This document shows, in pieces, positions 15,457-22,750 of a stretch of DNA of 24,000 nucleotides. The translations under genes and the position numbers were made by a program. This DNA is from Prescottella agglutinans (GTDB lineage Bacteria > Actinomycetota > Actinomycetes > Mycobacteriales > Mycobacteriaceae). Location: the NCBI RefSeq assembly GCF_004011865.1, contig NZ_RKLP01000014.1:33226-57225 (forward strand). The letters run 5' to 3'. The notes under the pieces are model-generated. The model did not search any database and was not told the DNA's origin. It was given only the letters and a program-made list of their open reading frames with translations. Each line of letters starts with the position of its first letter. Within the stretch, counting starts at the first letter, position 1.

Positions 15457-16473
15457 ATGACCATCGTGGACAACGCTGTCTACGTCGACGGTGTTCGCGT
15501 CGACACCCCACAGACGCTCGACTGCACCTACGAGACGATGAACCGGCTCGGCGGAATGGCCTGGATCGGCCTCTACCGACCCGACGCCGACGAAGTCCAT
15601 TCCCTGGCGAGCGAATTCGGTCTCCACCACCTCGCCGTCGAGGACACGATCGCCGCACACCAGCGCCCCAAGCTCGAGCGCTACGACGAGACGCTGTTCG
15701 TGGTCCTGCGGCCCGCCCGCTATCTCGACGACGTCGAGAAGGTCGAGTTCGGCGAGGTGCACGTGTTCGTCGGATCCGACTTCGTCATCACCATCCGGCA
15801 CGCCGAGTCCCCCGATCTCGCGCAGGTACGACGCCGACTCGAAGCGAATCCCGAACTGCTGCGCCTCGGCCCCGAGGCCGTGTTGTACGCGATCCTGGAC
15901 CAGGTCGTCGACGAATACCTACCGGTCGCCGCGGGCCTCGAGAACGACATCGACGAGATCGAGAACCAGGTGTTCACCGGCGACCCCGCCGTCGCCAAGC
16001 GCATCTACGACCTGTCCGGCGAGGTCATCGACTTCCAGCGCGCGACGCATCCGCTGGTGTCGATCCTCGAGGCCCTCGAACGCGGATCGGACAAGTACCA
16101 CGTGGATCTCGAACTCCGACGCCACCTGCGCGATGTGCTCGACCACACACTGCGCGTCGTCGAGCGGGCCGACTCGTCCCGCGCGCACCTGCAGACCGCG
16201 TTGTCGGTGCACGCCACGCTCGTCGCTCAGCAGCAGAACGAGGAGATGCGTCGGCTGACGGTCACGAGCCTGAACCAGAGCGAGGAAGTGAAGAAGATTT
16301 CCGCCTGGGCCGCAATACTTTTCGCTCCGACGCTGGTCGGCACGGTGTACGGGATGAACTTCAACGACATGCCGGAACTGGGCTGGGCGTTCGGCTACCC
16401 GATGGCGTTGCTGCTCATGGTCGCGACGTCGCTGACACTGTTCTACGTCTTCAAACGCCAGCGCTGGCTGTGA
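15457..16473 (+). CDS. corA: CorA-family magnesium/cobalt transporter
   Basis: Track ORF 15415..16473, trimmed to ATG 15457 (MTIVDNAVYVDGVRV, a typical actinobacterial CorA N-terminus). It has the signature YGMNF (GMN motif) followed by two C-terminal TM helices (ISAWAAILFAPTLVGTVYGMNF...GYPMALLLMVATSLTLFYVFKRQRWL). Confidence 0.92.
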   Translation: MTIVDNAVYVDGVRVDTPQTLDCTYETMNRLGGMAWIGLYRPDADEVHSLASEFGLHHLAVEDTIAAHQRPKLERYDETLFVVLRPARYLDDVEKVEFGEVHVFVGSDFVITIRHAESPDLAQVRRRLEANPELLRLGPEAVLYAILDQVVDEYLPVAAGLENDIDEIENQVFTGDPAVAKRIYDLSGEVIDFQRATHPLVSILEALERGSDKYHVDLELRRHLRDVLDHTLRVVERADSSRAHLQTALSVHATLVAQQQNEEMRRLTVTSLNQSEEVKKISAWAAILFAPTLVGTVYGMNFNDMPELGWAFGYPMALLLMVATSLTLFYVFKRQRWL

Positions 16474-16524
16474 GCGTCCTCGAGGTTGACAGTGCCCATA
16501 CCCGCTGGCACCCTCGACGTGCAG

Positions 16525-16688
16525 CACCTCGTTAGGCGAGGCTCCTGCACGAACACAGGCCACTGATCTCACGACGTCGAGAGACGCCCAAGATCAGGAC
16601 AGATTTCCCCGGCTTAAGGGGTGATCCCAAGTGGCTTCCCACGGACGTGGGATACGTCGTGCAGTGCCGAAGCTCTTACGTGGAGGTG
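16525..16688 (+). promoter_or_regulatory. M-box (ykoK leader) Mg2+-sensing riboswitch aptamer upstream of mgtC
   Basis: The conserved blocks of the B. subtilis mgtE M-box are matched in order: GTTAGGCGAGGCTCCTG (16531-16547; Bsu GUUAGGUGAGGCUCCUG), GAGAGACGCCCAAGATCAGGACAG (Bsu AAAGACGCUAAUGGGUCAACAG), TTAAGGGGTGAT (Bsu AUAAGGUGAU) and CAGTGCCGAAGCTCTTACG (Bsu CAGUGCUAAAGCUCUACG). Supporting helices are P1 cacctc (16525-16530) with gaggtg (16683-16688), cacgacg (16571-16577) with cgtcgtg (16665-16671), ctgatct with agatcag, and cccac-ggac-gtggg. Confidence 0.85.
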
Positions 16689-16775
16689 TTCCGACCGGAC
16701 GGTCACTGCCGAATGCGTGGTCGCCGCGAAACCCCTGCGTTGCATTGTCCCTGCGTCGCGTTGTCGACGAAATCG

Positions 16776-16800
16776 CGCACCGGGCCCCGGGCCCGGTGCG
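16776..16800 (+). promoter_or_regulatory. GC-rich hairpin in the riboswitch expression platform (candidate Mg2+-dependent terminator or RBS-proximal structure)
   Basis: cgcaccgggc (16776-16785) and gcccggtgcg (16791-16800) form a perfect 10-bp stem. The hairpin ends 10 nt upstream of the mgtC Shine-Dalgarno GGAGG (16811-16815). There is no U-tract, so its role is not established. Confidence 0.35.
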
Positions 16801-16823
16801 GCTCGTGCACGGAGGTATCCGCC

Positions 16824-17555
16824 ATGGACACCACGATCATCATTCTTCGGGTGGCTCTCGGCCTGGGGCTCGGCGCCCTGGTCGGTATCGAGCGGCAATG
16901 GCGCGCCCGCATGGCGGGTCTGCGCACCAACGCCCTCGTGAGTCTGGGCGCAACGCTGTTCGTGATCCTCAGCGCCTACGGATTCGACGGACCCGACGCC
17001 GATCCCACCCGCGTCGCCGCGCAGATCGTCTCCGGAATCGGGTTCCTCGGGGCGGGCGTCATCATGAAGCAGGGCGCGTCCGTGACCGGCCTGAACACCG
17101 CCGCCACCCTGTGGGCCACCGCGGCCGTCGGCGCACTGGTGGGCGGCGGAATGTACTGGGCCGCCGTCATCGGAGCCGTTGCGATCATGGGGGCCAACAT
17201 GATCCTGCGCCCGGTGGGCCGACTCATGGACCATCAGCCGGCACGCGCCGGCCGCGACGAGGCGCCCGTCGACTACCGCTTCGAGGTGACGTGCCACGAG
17301 GACGCGGAGGCGCACGTCCGGGCGCTGACCGTGCAGGCGATCTCGCGACCCGAGTTCCGGTTGCGGTCGGTGCAGTCGCACGACACCTCCGACGCCGCCC
17401 GGGTGCAGGTGACAGCGGAACTGACCGCGCGCCGGCGCGACGACACCCTCCTCGAGTCGGCCGTGAACCGGATGAGTCTCGAGCCACTGGTCACGAGCGT
17501 CCGCTGGAGCACCTCCCCGAGCGAGTACGAGGAACTGTTCGACGCCGGGCGGTGA
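16824..17555 (+). CDS. mgtC: MgtC/SapB family protein (Mg2+-limitation / virulence-associated membrane protein)
   Basis: Track ORF 16647..17555, trimmed to ATG 16824 with GGAGG 8 nt upstream. The upstream in-frame codons lie inside the riboswitch. The N-terminus MDTTIIILRVALGLGLGALVGIERQWRARMAGLRTNALVSLGATLFVILS and QIVSGIGFLGAGVIMKQG...GLNTAATLWATAAVGALVGGGMYW are the classic MgtC membrane domain. A soluble ACT-like C-terminal domain follows. Confidence 0.9.
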   Translation: MDTTIIILRVALGLGLGALVGIERQWRARMAGLRTNALVSLGATLFVILSAYGFDGPDADPTRVAAQIVSGIGFLGAGVIMKQGASVTGLNTAATLWATAAVGALVGGGMYWAAVIGAVAIMGANMILRPVGRLMDHQPARAGRDEAPVDYRFEVTCHEDAEAHVRALTVQAISRPEFRLRSVQSHDTSDAARVQVTAELTARRRDDTLLESAVNRMSLEPLVTSVRWSTSPSEYEELFDAGR

Positions 17556-17601
17556 CCGCGGGACACCGCCCCGCCGGGAATCCTCCCGAAGCCCGGGAAC
17601 G

Positions 17602-17832
17602 GTGGTTCCGCCCAACCGGACTCCGCGGTACCGTCGCGCTCCACTCGACGGCGCGCCCGACCCGGACTTCGACGTCATCAGCGAGTTCGTCTTCGACGAC
17701 ATGGCCGCCTACGAGGACATGCTCGCCACCCACGCCCGGCCGGAGGTCGCGGCCGCGATCGCGGCCGACGAGGCGAACTTCCTCGACCGCTCGCGCACCC
17801 GGATGTACGTCGTCGACGTCCGGGAGAGCTAG
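17602..17832 (+). CDS. EthD-domain-like protein, apparently lacking the N-terminal third (possible gene remnant)
   Basis: Track ORF 17602..17832 (GTG start). DFDVISEFVFDDMAAYEDMLATHARPEVAAAIAADEANFLDRSRTRMYVVDVRE resembles the C-terminal two-thirds of roughly 100-aa EthD proteins (...aEl.Fdd.eal.aal.sPeg.a...D..nF.d......). No in-frame ATG, GTG or TTG extends it upstream to supply the usual first beta-alpha unit. Confidence 0.5.
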   Translation: MVPPNRTPRYRRAPLDGAPDPDFDVISEFVFDDMAAYEDMLATHARPEVAAAIAADEANFLDRSRTRMYVVDVRES

Positions 17833-17925
17833 GGCACGCCGCCCGCCTCCCGACAGCGGGCCGGAGTGCGGGTTCATCCCGTACGGGTGATGTCGCTCGC
17901 CGGGTGCAGTTCTTACGGTCGGCAC

Positions 17926-19266
17926 ATGACGAGGCCCACGGAGAACAGCATCGACATGGACGACCCGGGATTCGTGTACGTGTACGCGTTTCCGCTGGTG
18001 TTCAATCTCGAACAGGTGCAGCGTTACGTCAGCGAGGGCGTGGGCGCGAATCCCCCTGCGGCGTACAACACCTTCAGCCACGCACGCACACTGGCCGGAC
18101 CGCAGGACACGTTCGTCTCCATCAACAACGACACCGTGTATTCGATGGCCCAACTGGACCTGAGCGTGGGCCCGGTCAAGCTGACGGTCCCGGACACCGC
18201 CGGCCGGTACTACGTGCTGCAGTTCGTCGACGCCTGGACCGACAACTTCGCCTACGTCGGGACCCGTGCCACCGGCACGGGTGCGGGCGAGTTCCTTCTC
18301 GTACCTCCCGGATGGGCGGGAGACGACCTCGGTCTGCGTGTCGTTCGCTTCCCGACCCGCATCGCCTCGATCGTCGGCCGGTGGGCCGTGGCAGGCGACG
18401 ACGACCTGCCGGCGGTCCACGCGCTGCAGGATGCGACCATCCTCAGCCCGCTGACCGAACAGGCCCCGGCGGGGATTCCAGCGGTCGGGTCCGGACAGAC
18501 CGAGGCCGTCGAGTTCTTCGAGAAGTTCCGTGTCTGGTCGCAGGAGTTCCCGCCCGCCCTGCGCGATGTGCGACTGCAACAGGGCTTCTCCGCCCTCGGG
18601 CTCACCGGTGCCGACTCCGTGGCCCGAGGGGATGCGGAACTCGACGCCGCGCTCGGCACGGCCTGGACGACCGGGCGCGCACACGTCGAGGAGATCGCGC
18701 GGACGGCACCCGGAATCAGGAGGGTCGACGGGTGGCTGCTCAGCATCCACGGCTTCGACTACAACGTCGACTGGTTCGAACTGGGCACGATCGACAGTCC
18801 CGACTGGCAGATCTCCGACGACACCCTCCGGATCGTGAGCCGGGCCGCGGCCGCACGGGCCGGGCTGTGGGGAAACCACGGCTACGAGGCCACCTACGGA
18901 CTCACCTACATCGACAGCGACGGCGCTCCGCTGGACGGCGCGCACGCCTACCGGATCACCTTCGACCCGGTACCCCCCGTCGATGCGTTCTGGTCGTTGA
19001 CGATGTACTCCGTTCCGGATTTCTACCTCGTCGACAACCCGATCGGACGCTTCTCCATCGGCGACCGCACGCCCGGCCTCGTCGCCGACGGTGCCGGCGC
19101 CGTCACGATCACGATCAGTTCCGACGAACCCGCCGACCCGGACGCCCGCGCCAACTGGCTGCCCGCGCCGAAGGGACCGTTCCGCCCGGTCCTGCGGATG
19201 TACTCGCCGCGCAAGACGATTCTCGACGGGGCATACGATCCCCCTCCGATCGTCAGAGTCGACTGA
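17926..19266 (+). CDS. DUF1254/DUF1214 domain-containing protein (conserved hypothetical)
   Basis: Track ORF 17866..19266, trimmed to ATG 17926 (MTRPTENS...). YVYAFPLV, NNDTVYSMAQLDL..GPVKLTVPDTAGRYYVLQFVDAWTDNF is the DUF1254 signature. RAAAARAGLWGNHGYEATY...FWSLTMY is the DUF1214 signature. Confidence 0.7.
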   Translation: MTRPTENSIDMDDPGFVYVYAFPLVFNLEQVQRYVSEGVGANPPAAYNTFSHARTLAGPQDTFVSINNDTVYSMAQLDLSVGPVKLTVPDTAGRYYVLQFVDAWTDNFAYVGTRATGTGAGEFLLVPPGWAGDDLGLRVVRFPTRIASIVGRWAVAGDDDLPAVHALQDATILSPLTEQAPAGIPAVGSGQTEAVEFFEKFRVWSQEFPPALRDVRLQQGFSALGLTGADSVARGDAELDAALGTAWTTGRAHVEEIARTAPGIRRVDGWLLSIHGFDYNVDWFELGTIDSPDWQISDDTLRIVSRAAAARAGLWGNHGYEATYGLTYIDSDGAPLDGAHAYRITFDPVPPVDAFWSLTMYSVPDFYLVDNPIGRFSIGDRTPGLVADGAGAVTITISSDEPADPDARANWLPAPKGPFRPVLRMYSPRKTILDGAYDPPPIVRVD

Positions 19267-19319
19267 CAACTCGGCGGGGCTACACGGCACTTCGCTCGAC
19301 GCGCCGGGCGCGAGGCGTC

Positions 19320-21302
19320 CTAGCCGATCCGGAGCGGATCGATCTGGACTCGAACGGGGCCGCCCGATCGTCGGGCGCTGCGAATCGCCTGGGCCTCCGC
19401 CAGGCCGTTCGCCAGCGCGCGCCCGTCGCGGCGCGGCACCCGAACGAGCATGCGCTCCACGTCTTCCGGCTCCGGTTCCTCGCTCGAGAACGGCAGCCGC
19501 TCCCCCGCCGGCAACGGGACCGGCCCCAGGACCTCGGCCGAATCCGGAAGTCCCGCAACCTCGAGCAGCTCCCCGATCGACGCCGCGGTGCCGTCGATCG
19601 CGGCCATGTGCACGGCGGGCGGGAACCCCACCTCCGCCCGCTCCTCGAGCTGAGCCCGCGCATGCCACACCGGATCCCACCGCACCAGCGCCTGCACGGT
19701 GGGGATCCCGGAGTCGGCGACGACCACGACCTGACCGCCGTCGGCGTGCGATCGCACGAGCGCCGACGCGGTCATCCACCGTCGCAACGTCTCCTCGGCG
19801 GCGCGAAGGTCGGCGCGCCCCAACAGCGCCCACCCGTCGAGCAGCAGGGCCGCGCCGTAGCCGCCGGGCATCACCGGTTCGGCGCCCACCGTCGACACGA
19901 CCAGCGTGGGCCCCGGCTCCATCTCGGCCTTCACGTCGGCCCCGCCCGACGTGTGCACCGCGACGCCGGGAAACGCCCGCCCCAATTCCTCGGCCGTGCG
20001 CCCCGCCCCGACGACGACCGCCCGCAGCGCCCGCGCACCGCAGGCGTGACAGCGGTGATTGGTGTCCGCGACGCCACACCACTTGCACGTCGGCGAACCG
20101 GCGCCGTCCGGACCGGCGGCCGCCGGCAGCGACAACGGTCCGTTGCACCGACGGCAGCGCGCCGGGGCCCGGCACTTGGCGCAGGCCAGCGACGGCACGT
20201 AGCCCCGACGCGGAACCTGCACCAGCACACCCGCTCCCGCGGCCAGTGCCTGCCGGGCCGCGGCGAACGCGATCGCGGGAAGACGGGCCGCACGCGCCCC
20301 GGGATCACGGGCCAGCGCGTGATCGCTGTCCGCGAGTGCGGTGATCTTCGGGGCACGTGTCCGTACGACGTCACGGGCCGCGACGAGGTCGTGCGCCCAA
20401 CCGGAGTCGACGAGGGCCTGGGCCTCCGCGGTCCGCGAATGCCCGGCCAGCACGACGGAACACCCCGTGCCGTAGGCCCGCAGCAGCGCGACTTCCCGCG
20501 CATGCGGATACGGTGAACGCGGCTCGGACAGGCTGCTGTCGCCGTCGTCCCACACGACCGTCAGGCCGAGGTCCGGTGCCGGGGCGAACACCGACGCCCT
20601 GGTCCCGACAACCACCCGGGCCGTTCCCCGCAGCGCGGCCAGCCAGCGCCGGTACCGTGCCGACGGCCCCAGTCCCGCCGCGAGACCCACGACATGTTCT
20701 GTGCCGAGCAGACTTTCGCATGCCCGCACCAGGCGATCGAGGTCACGCTGGTCGGGCACCACGAGTACCGCGCCCCGCCCCGATGCCGCGACGACGCCGG
20801 CCAACTCCGCGAGCCGCGCACACCAGTCCTCGCCGGGGAGTGCCTGCCACGCCGCGCGCGGACCGCGTCCGGCTTGCAGCGCGTCGAGAAAGTTGAGCCC
20901 GTGGGTGTAGGCGGACCACGCCTCCCGGTCGACGATCGGCGAGTCCGGTGCCGGGCGCGCCACGGCCTCCTCCGATTCGACCTTCGCGTGCCGCGGCGGG
21001 ACCGCCAGACGCAGCACGTCCGCGCGTGTCCCGGCGTAGCGCTGCGCCACCGCGTCGACCAGTCGGCGCACCTCGGCGGTCAGGACGGGCTCGCCCGAGA
21101 CGACCCGGTCGAGCCACGCCAGTTTGCCGTCGTGCTCGCTCGTCTCGATCCGTTCGAGGAGGAATCCGTCCACCAGCCGTCCCGCGAACCGGACCCGGAC
21201 CCGCACGCCCGGCCGGGCCTGCTCGTCCAGCTCGGACGGAACCAGATAGTCGAACTCGCGGTCCAGGTGCGCAACAGGAAGCAGCGGCAGCACTCGCGCC
21301 AC
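19320..21302 (-). CDS. priA: Primosomal protein N' (replication restart protein PriA)
   Basis: Track ORF 19320..21746 (-), trimmed to GTG 21302 (MARVLPLLPVAHLDREFDYLVP, the typical PriA N-terminus). The longer ORF would overlap metK by more than 380 nt. The protein is colinear with E. coli PriA, including the 4x CxxC zinc region (CAKC...CRRC...CKWC...CHAC). The predicted 660 aa is in the usual PriA size range. Confidence 0.9.
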   Translation of the reverse strand: MARVLPLLPVAHLDREFDYLVPSELDEQARPGVRVRVRFAGRLVDGFLLERIETSEHDGKLAWLDRVVSGEPVLTAEVRRLVDAVAQRYAGTRADVLRLAVPPRHAKVESEEAVARPAPDSPIVDREAWSAYTHGLNFLDALQAGRGPRAAWQALPGEDWCARLAELAGVVAASGRGAVLVVPDQRDLDRLVRACESLLGTEHVVGLAAGLGPSARYRRWLAALRGTARVVVGTRASVFAPAPDLGLTVVWDDGDSSLSEPRSPYPHAREVALLRAYGTGCSVVLAGHSRTAEAQALVDSGWAHDLVAARDVVRTRAPKITALADSDHALARDPGARAARLPAIAFAAARQALAAGAGVLVQVPRRGYVPSLACAKCRAPARCRRCNGPLSLPAAAGPDGAGSPTCKWCGVADTNHRCHACGARALRAVVVGAGRTAEELGRAFPGVAVHTSGGADVKAEMEPGPTLVVSTVGAEPVMPGGYGAALLLDGWALLGRADLRAAEETLRRWMTASALVRSHADGGQVVVVADSGIPTVQALVRWDPVWHARAQLEERAEVGFPPAVHMAAIDGTAASIGELLEVAGLPDSAEVLGPVPLPAGERLPFSSEEPEPEDVERMLVRVPRRDGRALANGLAEAQAIRSARRSGGPVRVQIDPLRIG

Positions 21303-21363
21303 GGGCGCGTGTGCTGCCGCTGTCTTGTCGGTGCCGGTCAGCGAACCGATCTCTCGGTCGCGA

Positions 21364-22575
21364 TCAGAGGCCGGCGGCCGCGCGCAGCTTCTCCGCGCGG
21401 TCGGTGCGCTCCCAGGGCAGGTCCACGTCGGTGCGACCGAAGTGGCCGTACGCCGCAGTGTCCGAGTAGATCGGGCGCAGCAGGTCCAGGTCCCGGATGA
21501 TCGCGCCGGGACGCAGGTCGAAGACCTCGCTGATCGCCTGCTGGATCTTCGCGATGTCGACCTTCTCGGTGCCGAACGCCTCCACGAACAGGCCGACCGG
21601 GGCGGCCTTGCCGATCGCGTAGGCCACCTGGACCTCGATGCGGTCGGCGAGACCCGCCGCGACCGCGTTCTTGGCGACCCAGCGCATCGCGTAGGCGGCC
21701 GAGCGGTCCACCTTCGACGGATCCTTGCCGGAGAACGCGCCGCCACCGTGGCGAGCCATGCCGCCGTAGGTGTCGACGATGATCTTGCGGCCGGTCAGAC
21801 CGGCGTCACCCATCGGACCACCCAGCACGAACTTGCCGGTGGGGTTGACCAGCAGGCGGACGTCGGCGGTGTCGAGGGGAATGGTCAGCTCGGACAGGAC
21901 GTGGCCGAGGACCTTCTCCCGCAGATCCGGGGTCAGCAGGTTGTCGAGATCGATGTCGGCCGCGTGCTGGGTCGAGATGACGACCGTGTCGAGGCGGACG
22001 GGGCGGTCACCGTCGTACTCGATGGTGACCTGGGTCTTGCCGTCCGGGCGCAGGTACGGCAGCACGCCGCTCTTGCGGACCTCGGTCAGGCGACGCGACA
22101 GGCGGTGGGCCAGCGCGATCGGCAGCGGCATCAGTTCCGGGGTGTCCGTGCAGGCGTACCCGAACATCAGTCCCTGGTCACCGGCGCCCTGGCGGTCGAT
22201 CTCGTCGTCGGTGACACCGTCGACGCGGGCCTCGTGCGAGTGATCGACGCCCTGCGCGATCTCGGGCGACTGCGCGCCGATCGCGATGTTGACGCCGCAG
22301 GAGTTGCCGTCGAAGCCCTTGGCCGACGAGTCGTACCCGATCTCGAGCACCTTGTCGCGCACGATCTTCGGAATGTCGACGTACGCCGTCGTGGTGACCT
22401 CACCGGCGACGTGCACCTGTCCGGTGGTCACCAGGGTCTCGACTGCGACGCGGCTGCGCGGATCCTTATCGAGCAACGCATCGAGGATGGAGTCACTGAT
22501 CGCATCACAGATCTTGTCGGGGTGACCTTCGGTCACGGACTCACTGGTGAATAGCCGCTTGCCGGACGTGCTCAC
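21364..22575 (-). CDS. metK: S-adenosylmethionine synthetase (methionine adenosyltransferase)
   Basis: Track ORF 21364..22782 (-), trimmed to GTG 22575 with GAGGGAG 5 nt upstream. [37 protein letters not shown] and [19 protein letters not shown] are canonical MetK motifs. The predicted length is 403 aa. Confidence 0.95.
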   Translation of the reverse strand: MSTSGKRLFTSESVTEGHPDKICDAISDSILDALLDKDPRSRVAVETLVTTGQVHVAGEVTTTAYVDIPKIVRDKVLEIGYDSSAKGFDGNSCGVNIAIGAQSPEIAQGVDHSHEARVDGVTDDEIDRQGAGDQGLMFGYACTDTPELMPLPIALAHRLSRRLTEVRKSGVLPYLRPDGKTQVTIEYDGDRPVRLDTVVISTQHAADIDLDNLLTPDLREKVLGHVLSELTIPLDTADVRLLVNPTGKFVLGGPMGDAGLTGRKIIVDTYGGMARHGGGAFSGKDPSKVDRSAAYAMRWVAKNAVAAGLADRIEVQVAYAIGKAAPVGLFVEAFGTEKVDIAKIQQAISEVFDLRPGAIIRDLDLLRPIYSDTAAYGHFGRTDVDLPWERTDRAEKLRAAAGL

Positions 22576-22750
22576 AGATCTCCCTCTCGACGTTCTGTCC
22601 GAGGCCGACTCCGCTCGAATTCGAATTCTCGAATCGTGTGGCCCCGCTACGACACCTGAGCTCATTTTCGTTACTACTTCATATTCAATACCGCAGACGG
22701 CCACGGTGCCAGGAGACCGGTCCCCGGTGCGGCACCGCGGTCGCCACGTG

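Noticed and set aside
16486-16491. Perfect TTGACA hexamer 13 nt after the corA stop, as a possible -35 element for the M-box/mgtC transcript.
   Set aside because: No TAnnnT-like -10 element lies at 16-19 nt spacing (the downstream hexamers are caccct and accctc). A promoter cannot be supported from sequence alone.
19298-19319. Short GC palindrome (cgcgcc-g-ggcgcg within gacgc...gcgtc) between the convergent DUF1254 and priA genes, as a possible terminator.
   Set aside because: The stem is short and the loop is sterically too tight. This is weak evidence, so I did not list it as a feature.
17491-20175. 894-aa minus-strand ORF spanning the EthD and DUF1254 genes and the 3' part of priA. The 870-aa plus-strand ORF 17904..20516 is similar.
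   Set aside because: Both are extremely Arg/Gly/Pro-rich and low in complexity. They lie in wrong frames or antisense to genes with clear family signatures, so they are GC artefacts.
21339-21359. Imperfect inverted repeat (cgaaccga-tct-ctcggtcg) in the 61-nt metK-priA spacer, as a possible attenuator.
   Set aside because: It needs a bulge, forms only about 7 bp and has no supporting features. The two genes are probably simply co-transcribed.
21303-21746. N-terminal extension of the priA ORF (148 codons) overlapping metK. There are similar extensions on metK (22576-22782), the hydrolase (2253-2888) and the ANTAR gene (13774-13980).
   Set aside because: The extensions are Arg-rich, overlap neighbouring genes or run through low-GC intergenic DNA. 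Internal starts give canonical N-termini with Shine-Dalgarno sequences.
22576-22750. SAM riboswitch (SAM-I or SAM-IV) in the metK leader.
   Set aside because: I could not find the conserved SAM-I or SAM-IV core sequences or a four-way junction or pseudoknot arrangement by eye. A covariance-model scan would be needed for certainty.
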